NCBI RefSeq assembly: GCF_033153115.1
Contig: NW_026889779.1
Location: forward strand, 9,920,001-9,984,000
Length of the DNA stretch: 64,000 nt
Reading direction: 5' to 3'
DNA from: Saccostrea echinata
Lineage: Eukaryota
Shown here: in pieces, positions 15,001 to 28,700 of the stretch
Layout: the number at the start of each line of letters is the position of its first letter
Numbering within the stretch: the first letter of the stretch is position 1
Program-made: the position numbers and the translations under genes
The notes under the pieces: generated by a model
The model's database searches: none
Told to the model about the DNA's origin: nothing
The model's input: the letters and a program-made list of their open reading frames with translations, nothing else

Positions 15001-17650
15001 TTAATATACCAGAATCAAGTGGACCAAAAACATGAGAACTTCTTCAAAGTCTATTTTTGTATTGTTAACAATTATTGTTAAGAACATGATATGCCAGGTA
15101 AAAGTGCATCAAAATAAAAGGACACTAAAAAAAATATACAAAACATTGCTGCAATATCAATTACTGAATTTATTTCATATAGATCGACAATGTCCCATTG
15201 AAACAGACTTTAACAATCACATAAAAATATACTCTAATTTTAAGCATATGAAGAAAGAAGCACAGGCGAATCTTTTTACATTACGAGACAGTATGAGATC
15301 TTTTCATCAAAAGGCACTTATCCATATCTATTCCTGAATGTCTCCCCCCACAGCAGGATCCAGTTAATTTAACGAGTTTTACTAATTAAGACGATCTCCC
15401 TCTGCCATGAGTCACCAGGCTACTATACTATGTAAAAAGAATATGAATCTTCCTTCTTTTTTTTTTTTTGGTAATTTGGTTAACAAGAAAATAAGAGCGT
15501 GAGAAAGTCTTATGCTAAAGGGACATAACTCAGTAGGACAAGTGAAACACCAGTGCTGTAGATTTCACACTTGATAAAATTTTAATGTAATCACAAACCA
15601 CTTTTCAACATCTTTATCAGCTATATCTATAAATAAATTGACATTTGAAGTGTTATATTCTAATCATTAATACAGCCAATCTGTGTGGTAATCTGTATTT
15701 AATACACAGGATTTAACTACATTATAATCTTTGAATTAAGTCAGAATTCCAAGATTAACTTGGGTAGTTAATTCCCTCATTTTGTCTACCCAGTAGAAAC
15801 TTTTACCCAGATGTTACATTATCTAATACAATAATTACTAACGAGGAAATTAATCTCTCTCTTATAGGGTGAAGGAGTATCAATTAATTAAACTCTTTTT
15901 AAAGTATAGATTTATTTTAATATATACTGGCACCAGATTTGTAATAAGCATTTGGTTTATCTGAACTGTTTACTATAGGCATAAGCAGGCCTTTTAAAAT
16001 AAATGAACGATCCCAACATTTTCCAATCCTTAACTGGTCAAAACAATGTTAAAAATTTCATTTTGAGAAATATTTACAAAATAGAAGATGAATACATTTG
16101 GCCTAAAATTCCACTATCATCATGCATGCATCTAACTGCTGAATTGGATGAACATATGCTTTTTATAATTCAGCCAAATGGCAAGCATATTGTAGACATG
16201 ACATGCTTTCCATGGGAAAGATGTTAGACAAATAATCATTAGTGAAACAATATATACAACACTGAAATGCTCCTCATGGCTGTTTATTCGGAGAGGCAAA
16301 ATAAAATTTTCTACATGCAGGCACATACAGTTTCATTCATACTATGCTCCATTATATAAAACCCTGTTTTTTTTTTTCTCTCGTTAGCTCAATTAACTGC
16401 TTTTTTGGTACCGAAGTGTTCCTTTTACACTATTATAATGAATTTAATTAAAAATGGAAAGTTTAACAGGTCAAAATGTATAATAATTTAAATTAGACAT
16501 GTCTTTTTAATCTCAAATGTAAATACTTAAAACTCTCTATCTGATTGAGAAAGGATTTCATGAAAAAAGACCATTTACATCTCAGTGACTGGCAATTACA
16601 ACATGGCTCTCAAATCCACCAATATAACAAAACTCGAAGATCTTCATTTCCTTTGACAAACATCAGCCCAAATTGTTAATTCTCTTTGCATTCAAATTTA
16701 TAATTCTACTCAATATTTACTGCAGCTGTGACACAATGGTCTAAACATGTACAGAACTGCACCAGAGAAATTGATGTCTTTTTGCATATGGTGGGGTATA
16801 TTCTGGAGTCTTCATTATAAAAGGCTCTTTAATTCAAAGCAACTATCATTTCTAACTTTGATCAGGTTTCCAAAACAGAAGATAAAGATTAGCTATTCTG
16901 ATGAATGAACTTACTATGTAACAGGGTCATTTCAATTAACCCTCCAAAAAGCAGATACCAAAATGATTCCATGATAAGATTGTTCTTACATATCAAGGAT
17001 AATTGATTAAAGAGAAGTCAGATGCAGTAGACTTGAGGAATGCGACATGCAATCTTAAAAGAATGGGACATATAGAGACAATTTGTCTCCTAGCTGAAGA
17101 ATAGACAGTGTGATTAAAGGGAGACAATTCTTGCACATTTGATAAGAGGGATAAAAGTAATTAAGGTAGTGTGATCCTTAGGATCTAAAAATCAGCAGTT
17201 AAGTAATTGAAAATGCTCACAAAAAGGTCTCTGAATTCATAAAGTTATGTGTATTAACCCATGGTATCTCTTCAAAGTTCATTATTATAGGTAATCATAT
17301 AATATAGGGAAAATTATCAAATCTGTGCATTTTCTAATTGAAAATTGATCAACAAATACATTTTAAGATTAAAACACTATAGGTATCAAGGCATTCTGAA
17401 AAAAATTTCATGTCTGTTGTTCTTATACAGTATTTTAGTTTGGTTTGTACATATTTTATTATAATTACAAAGGGATTGCATGGGCACAAGTTCTGAAAAC
17501 TACTACGCTCTCTCCCTAGACATCTATGAAAAATTCTATAATGAGAAATGGTAATGCCTTCATATGTAAATTGCAGAACTTTAAAAAATTTACATCTAAA
17601 ACAATGCATAATATGCAATGTTGTGCTATATGTTTTGACATATGTACCAG

Positions 17651-17871
17651 GGGCCCGTTTTACAAAAGAACTTACGACTAAGACCTAAATATAATTTTGT
17701 GAATAAATATCTTCTCTACAATAATTTGAAAAAATGGTATTAATATTTTATAAAAGAATTCTGAAAAATATATTCATGCAAGCAATTTTTAATGAAATAA
17801 TAAATCTGAAACAATTTTACAGTCATCTAAAGATTTGGTCTTAGTCGTAAGTTCTTTTGTAAAATGGGACC
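17651..17871. mobile_element. PIF/Harbinger-type MITE (221 bp)
   Basis: ~35-bp TIR GGGCCCGTTTTACAAAAGAACTTACGACTAAGACC / GGTCTTAGTCGTAAGTTCTTTTGTAAAATGGGACC (2 mismatches). 3-bp CAG duplication at 17648-17650 and 17872-17874; a CWG TSD fits Harbinger. Confidence 0.85.
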
Positions 17872-20800
17872 CAGTTCTTTTTCAACATTTATTGTTTACG
17901 GACCTAAGAAAATTTCACTGAATGACCTACAAAATTGAGGACAATCTCTCAATAACAAATGGTAAGAACAGGTGATTTGATGTAAAATACTCCGTCAGCT
18001 GAATCAAAGGTTCGCAATTAACACCTATTCCAGATGTAAAAATGTGTTAACAATCTACATGTCGCCAAAATGTCCATCAGCTTCGTGTCATACTAGCTTT
18101 ATGGCATATACGTTTTCGGAAACAGCATTAAAAACTATTTAAACAACAACTCATTATGGGTCATGCACCAACTTGTAGGTCTAGTACATGATCTTGTCAA
18201 TGATTAACATCAAATATTAATGTATGATCACTTAAACACTTCCCTCCACCTGAAATTAAAAAAAAATAATTTATTTACCAGTGACAAGAATTACACCTGA
18301 GTATCTTGTTTTCAGAATTTTACTTCACCTATAAATTTCCAGCAAGATCCAAATTTAAAAATTCTTCAGTACATTTAGTCTTCCTACACTGGTTAAATAA
18401 AAAATGTAACTTTTCCTACCGATTAATGCCCTTCCTTAATATCAGATGGTCAGTGGTCACCACAACAAATTTTGTGAATGGTGAAAACAAGACTCCTGAA
18501 ATAGCCCGATAACCTTGACAACAGCACAGGAGGCAACTGTCAACATGATGATTGACATTAACGAGAATATCAATTTCCTGTAGTGTCGCATCTTGTGGTG
18601 ACTATATTAAAACAACTCTATTATTAAGCAGAATGGACAGGATATTTCAACAGTACTAAACAAATCAATTCTTGTAAGTAATACCGTTTTAACACCCCCC
18701 CCTTCCAGCCCTCCTCCCCCTACAAATGGAGACTGCAACAATTTAAAAGTATATTTCGTTGATATCATCTGTCTTTCATTTTTGAACTAAATCCTATGAA
18801 GCAAGCTTTCCAAAAAAAAAATTTGTTTCACTCTGATAATTTATAATTTAAATTCTTGCTACAATTTCAAGAAATTTTAAAAAATCTTACCACTACTCCC
18901 ATGATTTGAAAATCTTTTAAAATATCCATAACATAATTGCACAGAATATCCCTCAATTTAATATTACACGAGAGTGTTAGAGCTCAGTTGTTCAGATAAT
19001 CTACTACCAATCATCTTACTTAAACAAACTTTGTTTGCATTTAAAAAACAACTCAATGTGTTTGATCAAGCACTACCATTGTTTCCGATTTTAAAAATCG
19101 TATCACATTATCAAAATAATACATCTGCCCAAAGATCACTTTCCTATCTATCAAAAAATTTCACACCATTAGAAGTCTGCTTTTCAGGTTTTATGGACCT
19201 ATACAAAATAGTGTTATGATTGGATGGGTGTTGAAAGGAAACCCGCCTTCCGATAATCCCTCAGAACAAGGGAGCTTACTATGGTCCCTGCACAGGTTAT
19301 GCCCCCTGGTCTACCATTTCAAGTTGGTGCAATATGATTCCATTTCCTCTGTGGGTAACCAAGAACTCAACATAGTAATACTTTTGTTAAACAAAGTCAA
19401 TAACTTGGGAATGTCAAAGAAGATGACACATATTATCTATTTGACATACATCTGTTCAAAGCCTTTCTATTTTGACCTAATTAAGAAAATTTATGGATAT
19501 CATGCAATAAATCTGACCTCCAAAAAATTAATTTTTAGTAACTGGATCAATTTTCATGTTATGAAATTAAAATGACCTTCCTATCAAGTTTTGTATCAAA
19601 TGTTAATCTCTGTCTTTTGTCTATACCCAGACTTGTCAAGACAACTCTTTGCAAATACGCTTATGTATCAAATGAGTTTTCTTATCACCTTTCAAATCAC
19701 ATTACTTTTTTGGAAATGAAGACATGAAGTGATCTGCAAAATCTGCCCTAAACAATTTTAAAACATAAAAATTTGATTTATGATGGGTGGACGTCGGTGT
19801 ATATGACTTGCCCTGATCTACCTATTGACTGAAAAAAACTATTATTACACTTTCTGTCAGATATACAAGACAATGCAGAACATATTAAATTATCTAGATT
19901 AATAATATGTGCAAAATTCAGATCTTGAACAAGGTTCATTAGCTGTGAAATTCTATATCAGTCTTCTGAGCCCACATACGTTAATGTCTATTTTGTCCTT
20001 CAACCAAGGTGGTTTCATTTACTTTAAAAAAATAATACTTTTCTGATAACAATATTTTAAAACTGAAGTCAAAGAAAGTTATATCAGTGACAATGGTATA
20101 ATATTCAATCATTGTCAAAATTTATAAGCAGAATAAAAAAACAATTAAACATTCTTTGATTAATTAGAGGTAACATTAAACCTTAAAGAACAAACCAAAT
20201 AATCATCAATTTGAAATTTCCCAATTTCATATTGGCAAAGATCACTCATCTAATAAACAGACAAATCTAAAAGAAAGCAACTTGCTGGATATATCAAAAG
20301 GTCTGATAAGATGAATTTTAAAATCAAACACATAATTTACCTGACAAACAGAATAGAACTCCATCAGAAAGTAACTATGTCAATCTTATGACAGTTGCTA
20401 TGTCTGTACTGTCATTCTCTTAGTTTGACATCAGAGTACTTATCATTTAGCAGACAGTAGATGGACGTCTTTAAAAGTTCATTCAGGTTTCTTCAAGAAT
20501 TTGATTCATAATAAAAAGGTGAAATTTGTGTTTAAATGGTCTGAGGGCGTTCTACAACTCCCAAGGTAAACACAAGCCTTGAAGGAGATTACTAAAATTT
20601 GTAGCAATCAGTTAATACTAAGTGTTCACTTATAATAATCCAAATTTACAAAGGATTTACCCAATTGAAAGGCAGTGTTAATACATCATGTAATTGTGCA
20701 CTTAAAAATTATGAATAAAGACCCTTCCTGTAACAGACCAGAGCACTGACTGACTGTTTTAAATGGTTTAATACATGCCAGGTATGAATCAAATACTCTG

Positions 20801-21425
20801 CAATACAATATACATGACAATATATCCATCATAAAATCAGAGAAAAGTGACAGGCCGATATCAATATAATGTTCAGACAATTGCAGTGCTTCTCAGACTC
20901 TACTGTCAAATGACCATTCGCTTGATTAGATGACTAAAGACTTTAAATACCTCCCTCTCTCCTTCTCCACTACTCCATAAGGTACCCCCAAGTAAGAAAC
21001 CTGTCCGGCAGTTCAATTTAGTGGTTAACAATTAAGCAATTGTCTGCCTCTTGGAGCCATATTAGAGCTACTTTAATTGTCATCATTACCATAGATTATC
21101 ATTTTCTGTCAAGTAGAGAAATTGGAGCAGTATACATTGATGATCTCCATGAATAAACTGCTAATCATTGACATTGTTAGATGAATTTGAAGGCACAGTC
21201 CTGTGTGTTCTCTTTTTGTCATTCTGACAGACATTAAAGGTGTCAAGACCATGATAGACTTATCATCTAACATCTTCAAAATTATGTGATAGTTTCCTGT
21301 GTAGGTATCCCTGTAAGCCTGTCTTGATCTGTTATTTCACTAGGAATAATATATCACAATTGCATGACCCATTAAAACTTTTACATAACCTCAAAACCAC
21401 AGTGTTATATCTTATTGAAGACAGA

Positions 21426-21836
21426 TAGGGATGCACGATTTTATCGGTATACCGATATATCGTGATTTTTTATTGCATGATACGTATTGTGATACGGAGA
21501 CTAAAATACCAGTATTTGGTACATAATTATAAATTCCAGAAATTATTCATTTATTTCTTCGAACTATTAAATAAAAGTTACAGGATGTCTAAAAAATGTT
21601 GAAAAAAGTTAAGCTACTGCATCCAAACATGCTTTATATTATATGAATAAAAAACTTATGTTTTTACAGCCTATTTGTAAGAAAAATTATAGAAATTCAT
21701 TTGAAATTGTAGTAAAAATTCCCTTTAAAAATATCATTAAAAATTCCCTTTAAAAATATCATGACATTATCGTGATATTTTGGGAAAAAAATCGTGATAT
21801 ATCAAGATACGAAGTTTTTGGCGATACCCATCCCTA
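21426..21836. mobile_element. non-autonomous hAT element (411 bp)
   Basis: Ends TAGGGATG...CATCCCTA. Perfect 8-bp TSD AAGACAGA (21418-21425, 21837-21844). Subterminal ATCG/CGAT-rich repeats. Confidence 0.9.
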
Positions 21837-21942
21837 AAGACAGACATCCCTTTTTACTTAAATGGGGGTAAAAGACTGCCAAATATTCTCTAATAAGTCC
21901 AATGTTTTTGTTTCCTATAAAGCAAAAGAAAAGTTACATGTA

Positions 21943-22715
21943 CCGGGGCAGATCCAGCAATTTTTAAAAGGGGGGTTCCAGGTCGGTGCCCCCAACATTC
22001 ATGCATAGAATTACGCCACAGGCACTTCAAGTCCGTAGCAATGGTTTATCAAAAGGGCAAATTCCGAACAGAGTTGACAAGCTAAAAAAAAAAAAAAAAA
22101 ACTGTGCGCCACATTCTTACATCCTATTTCGGGGTAAGGGGGGGGGGGTGTCCTCTTATTTTTCCGCACTTTTTTGGTTTCAAATGCTTGAATTGCGTAT
22201 TTTGAACTTCCAGCAACAAAATGGGGGAGCATCCAAATCTAAACTTGCATATTAAAACTACAGCAAACGATTATTCTCAGAAAAAGTGAACCCACTCCCC
22301 CCGCATACTACTGGGGCATTTTACAACTTTACAACAACCATAATAGTCTCTTAAGTATGCTCCCTTTCATGACTTTTTATTCATACTTTTTAAAGTTAGT
22401 TACTTCAGAAGATGGACCAAAAATGGCATAGCTGAAGTTCGCTGGAATCTTCAAATGATATCAAAGTGAAATCTTTCATGTTACTTGTGGGTGGTCGGGG
22501 CCCGGGGCAAAGGTTCTGAACGTACCTGGAGGATGGAATATGGGACACTTTATCTAGCGAGCAGAAAGGGCAGAGATTGAACTACTTATTTTATTCAAAA
22601 TATTAGACGTTAAATGATCTATGTTACAGAAATCTCTCTCTTTCTCTCTCTCTGCAAAAACAAAGGGGGGGTTCCAACCCCCGGAACCCCCCCCCCCCCT
22701 CTGGATCCGCCAATG
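21943..22715. mobile_element. degenerate non-autonomous DNA transposon, GGCGGATCCAG-terminus (hAT-like) type
   Basis: Imperfect 15-bp TIR CCGGGGCAGATCCAG / CTGGATCCGCCAATG, G/C runs and a subterminal GGGGTTCC...GGAACCCC hairpin. The putative 8-bp TSD matches only 5/8 (TACATGTA vs TGTACGTA). Confidence 0.65.
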
Positions 22716-25700
22716 TGTACGTACTTATGTAATGAACCGAGAGGATGTCTATGTCAAATAATAAGACCAACTTAAGGGTTTGATCAAAGCCATAAAAAAA
22801 ATTGTCTACCAGTTGGTGGGCAGCATACACTACTTGGTCCACTTGATGTGACTAATTATGGCACTAAATATACCAACAATCACACTGATAATACTGTGAG
22901 CCTGGTAAGTCTTGATTATATGAAAAGCACTTATTTTGTGAAAGTAAGCAGAAGTTTGGAAGAGATTTTCTAAAAGCTTGAGTACTCCTGACCCAATTCC
23001 ATCACAGAACAAAGTGGCCAAGAATTATTTTCTTCCAGTCACTGTTTATCATCAGAAACACTTATAATTAGCTGTTATGAAGATAGATATCAAAGGAGAT
23101 GCCTGCAGGACAAAAATTCTCTTATTTTTTTGGAACATTTTCATATTACCAGAAATAATATCTATCTAAGAAGCAAGGCGACATGAAAAACAAACCAGAG
23201 AATGGGGGAACATCATAAAACACCTGTAGGGCCCCCTCCACCCTTCTTTTTATCTTCTACAAATTCCTCTTGGAATTCACAGTGGGAAACAGACACAGGA
23301 TTCTGGCAAAGAACAATATCACCTACCTGCACTTCTGTAAATCGCAGTATCAAAATAACAAAATATAGATTATCCGTATATTTAGCATCACTTTCATCAA
23401 TATCAAGAGCCGTGAAGTAAATTAACCTTTATAAAACTCAATCATTGCTCTGTCTCTAGATTTTGAGAACCCCCTGCTAACTTGTACTTTTTCCTTTCAG
23501 ATCAAATCTCCATTCAAAATTTCAAAAGTGGGTGACCTTTTTCAATGAAACAGACTAATCTTACACTCTACTTGACATTTTCCAGATATTAATAAAATCT
23601 GCTGGTGTCATATTTAAATATTAAACCGGTATACCTCTTAACATTCAATGTTGGTGTAGTGTTCCACAGTCAAGTATTAATATTTAAAATTAAATTTACA
23701 TGTAAATATTTTAAAAACAAAGATGTTACACTAACAATTATTTTTTTCCCATCTTTTCAAGTCAAAATTTAGGCAAATTCTAATATATATTACCATGATA
23801 ATGGAATACATACATCTGATATTCTACACAGATCTCAATTCTGAATGTGTGAAAGACATGAAATATATGACACATTTTATGATCTGTACTATTTAAAGAT
23901 TACTTAATGGATATAATAAATGGAATTACGATCACTGAGCACATGAAAATGTGTTTTCAAATATTAATTTTTCCCATACAGCTTAGAATTAGAAACTTAT
24001 AAGAGATTATCAGTATAAACTACTTAGGTATAAAACTTTCTCTTTATTCTCAGCCAAAATTACGTCACTAGCCTTCTGTAATAAGTCATTGACTTGTTCT
24101 AGTAGATTAATGTTAATAGAATTAACAAGATTAATTAAGCCATCAAAAGAATGAAATACTTATACTTACTTACACTCAGCCAATGGTATGTCAAAATATG
24201 TCTTATAAAATAGTTACGGAATAGTTGTCCTCACCATGTTAACCTTGTCTCTGTGCATTGAAGAATAAGTTCAAAAGAACCAAGAAGATAATGGCTGTTC
24301 TTGCATGCCAGAATGTATACTATTGGTTACACTTATACTGCCCATTATGGTTTCAAGATCATATTTTTTATCAATCAAATCACAATTGCCTGGAAACATT
24401 AAAGAAGAAAAAAGTTCAAAGTCATATTTTGTAAAATTTAATAAATTATCAAATTATTTCTTCAAAAAAAAAAAAAAAATTGTGAGTATAAATGCATAAT
24501 TAGGAAGTGGTAGATATTAAATCATCTGTTTTGCTCCATGACTTTGGAGAAAAAGAATGGAAATAAAAATCAATGTTCCAAGCCTTCTTGCTCTGGATGA
24601 CACCTACTTAATGACAACCTTTTTATTACCTGTGGTATACTCGTTTGATATACAAAATAGGATAATGGCTCAAATTTCATCAAGTTTCTGGCAAACACAA
24701 TTGATAAAAGATGTGGGATTTCCTTTAGAACTTATCTTTGATGGCATTACCATCCACTGAAAACCCTCATTTTATACAAAACTGGTTTAATGCACACTCT
24801 AATTGCATTAAAGGAGAATTCAAGTGAGTTTCAACACCTCTGAATCCGAATCAAGAGATATTTGTGTAGCAAGTGTACAAGGTGCTTGGTGCCAAAGACA
24901 CAGAAAAAGACTGGCACCCAGGTAACAAAGAAGACCAGTACATATAAACTTATCTTTTACATAAAGACTACGTTATCTTTCTATTGCAAGGTACAAGATC
25001 ATGAGGGACTAATTTCTGGAGATAAATTTTGTCTATATTGTTGCTGGCATGTAATCTCTGTGTGACATAGTGTAGGGGTAAATACTCTTTATATCACTAC
25101 AGGACGAGCCTACTGTCTATGTTGTTAGGACTCTAGCTGGAATCCCACACAGGAAGACAGAGATGTCTGACACACCAGAAATTGAGGAATTCTGTCAAAA
25201 TTGTCACATTTGACTTGAGATAATTTGAATTGGATAGTCTTGAAGTTAAGTCACAGGAGATTAAGTTTTACCAAACAAGTACGTACCAACAAGGCAACAG
25301 ACCAATGTACATTCTCAGACACTGCTTAAAGAGCCATTATGTCAAAGTGTGGGATCATGTATTTAATGATAGCATAAATTTTTTTAAAGACACTTTTTTT
25401 TAACAAACCTCTTATGTTGAGAACATTGAGCCTTCACAAACGAACTATCAAGTACCCAAAGACCAGTAGGTTCACAGGACTAAAGGTGATTGGGTGATCA
25501 ATCACATAGCTTTACTCCGACCACCAGAGACAAAGGTTCGCATGCTCGCTTTTCTTACAGCTCCCTTCTACAACATTAAGCAATCTCTTGTGCTTTTTTG
25601 CACCCAGACAGAGCCAACACAGAAAGCACACCAAAATCTCACCTGTCCATCCATTCAAGCACACCAAAATGTCTGTCTGCTGAATTTCTGTACAAACTAT

Positions 25701-28700
25701 GGCAACTCTGTGATAAATGATGACACTATAGCATTCACACCTTTGTTCTTTTTTCAGGTATTTACAGACAGGAATTACTCTTGCTCAGGAAACTGAAATA
25801 TTTCATAGTTTCCTAAATCCAAAAAGAAAATCTTGTCAAATCTTGACAAACTTGGGGAGCTATATGAAACGCATCACATAATCTTCTTGTGTTGGCTAGC
25901 AGAAGCTGGTAAAACAATGCTGGTTTACCTTATACATGGGTATTTAAGCCCGAAGAAAAAAAATTTTTGACAAGTGTTTAACCATCAAAAACATATCTGA
26001 TTTTTCTGAATTTATGACATTTGAAAGAAATACGAGATCAAAATAAAATTTGTTTCCTCAAACCTCATATAATACCTCTTAGAACAAAAGGTCTATTTAA
26101 CGGTCACTTAATATAAACCCAAATAACCTCAGAACTGTGATATGTAAATCGAGTTCGGTATGAATCTGTCAGCACAACGGAAGGACAAAAGGGGCACACA
26201 TTCTTTGGGTTCATCTGATCCAGTGTCATTGAATCCACCCAATTAAAAGCACACCCGACTATACAAAAGACACCCCAATAAAATTACTACTGCCTAGGAT
26301 ATATAGATGAGACTTTAATTTGATTTCTTGAATTATCTACAAAATATCTTGATCAGATTGGTGTCTTCTGTGCCATGAAATTTGTTTGATAGTTGGCACA
26401 CATAAGCCTGGGTATACCCACTGCTACCACACAACCAGAAAGACGACCAAACTTGTATTCCAAACAAAACCACTAGTAACCTAATGTTATACTGTCAAAG
26501 TGTGGTTTGAACCCTGAACAATGGTTCAACATTTCAAGACAGAGAACTGGCCACACATGCATATTCAGCTCAACAAGAGTGAAAAAAGTTAAACTTTAAT
26601 GATCATAATGAACATGCATCATTTACAGTATCAAGGAAAAAGTTTCCCATAGCCATAAAAACTCACAGACTTTCTGTGTTTGAGCAGTCAGGTGTTGTAC
26701 CTAGACACCCCTAACAAGCCTCCAACAATATAATCTTGAGGTCTGTGACTAACAAGCCGTCCATGTGACCACAATGTACCCAGTAATTAGCAGACGTCAG
26801 GATGCAGTCCTCCCCCCAGACCCCCTCAGCACCTGTCTGAAGCAAGAGGAGGGAGTTCTTTCTCTTTCATGTGAGATCTGACCTTTGACCACTGACAGAC
26901 TTTCTTATATTATTTTTATATTCATAGTCTTGGATATGATGGGAAATAAATCTATGAAAGTAAATAAGCTCTAATGAGAATTATGTACTCTTACAGGATC
27001 TATCAGCTGATGCCAAGGTTGTAGGGCATGAGAAAGACTTAGGAGAGTTTCTACATCACAGAGTAATTGAACTCATCAAAGAAAATATTGCATACATGTA
27101 TTATAGTAACAAATATGAGGCAGATATATTTCCTACAATTCTAAATTCATAGCCCAGCCTCAAATGAGCAGCCTGCATTCTTCACAGCTAATGTGCTGCA
27201 TTCCTTTACAGGACCTGGTGGTCTGAGGCTGCTATAACAGGCTGTATAATGTGTCAATCACTCCCTTACCGTCAGGGTTAGGCCAGACAGGTATATCACT
27301 CACACTTCTAATAAGCCTGTTAATTAGTCATTACACAGGTATATCCTACACATATTTCTGTGAAATATGACCACGTATTTACTCTCTCTACAGCTTCTGT
27401 CTCATATATATATTACATGTCGAAATATCAGAGCCAATTTGAAATGAAAACTTTCAATGCTCTTCTTTCTACTGACACTGTTCTAAAGTCATGCACTTGA
27501 AAAGAAATTTATTCCTCTTCGCAGTCATTTACGCTTTGAAAGTAAACTTCAATTCAAAAGCCAAATTAAGTCTCTCTTAAATCTAACTTACCAATGTGTT
27601 GTTAAAGTACTATTCACGCGGGACTAAAAAGTCCTAATTCAGCAATGGTACAAAGGAAAGGAAAGTGACTTTTCTTTAAACAAATATCAACAAAGGCTCG
27701 CTACATTAGAACATTGACTGAAGTGACCCATTTAACCCTGTGGTCATAATAACTCGGCTCAATACCTTTCTACCTGTCAAATGATAGATATCTTGGGACT
27801 CCCCATGATTTCCGACAGGTACTAGGACCATGTACAATAAGTCCAAAGCTTCTTTATTATTTCCACCTTTATTAAAACAAGACCCACAGAACTCCCATTG
27901 ATGTAACCTAGACTAATATCTATATTTTCTCATTTAATCTTTTTTACTTCTGTCTCCTCAATGACAGAAGGGAAGTGTTTAATGAATAGAAGACAGGAAC
28001 TGATTGAAGCTCTCTGTGATTTATAGGATTATGTTTCTAACTTGATTTATACCATGTACAAAAAATATGTCAGGTAGGCTAGTCCCTTAAAGAAGTTGGA
28101 ATTTATCAGGTGATATGACCCTATACGAAAGCCCCTGTTTAAATTAATGTATGTCTTTTTCATCTTGACATACTTAGTAAACCTAGCATTATCTGATTCG
28201 TTGGGATTACAGTCTTCTCTTTCTTGAAGTTTCTCATCAAACTCCCATTTTTCACTGTGCTCCTTCGTAATACAACTCTAAATGAAGAAAGGGGTTGTGA
28301 CATCAAAAGGATGAGTTAACCAGGTGTGAACAGGTAAATGTCCTTCTGGAACACCTGAGTCGTAAATATTCCTTGTTTCTGCATCTGTAATCTTGCCCTT
28401 AACTGATTACAACCTGAAACACTTCAGAAGTATCCTAGACAACAGATAGTTCAATATAAATTTAGTGGTCCTGTGGTTTACCTTACAGGTAAGATAAAGG
28501 TAAGGGACAAGTAAAAGATCAATCAACTCAATAAAGGAATCTGCTCCTGCAGTCAGGTCATCATTTGAGTGACATCCGAAAAAAATAGTAAAATGAATGA
28601 GAATTTATTGTTAATGTATACTCTTAAATTATTCCATCCATATACATAATGTAAAAGGGTGTATTGAAGAATTATTGATCACTGATTTTCTTGTGCCAGT

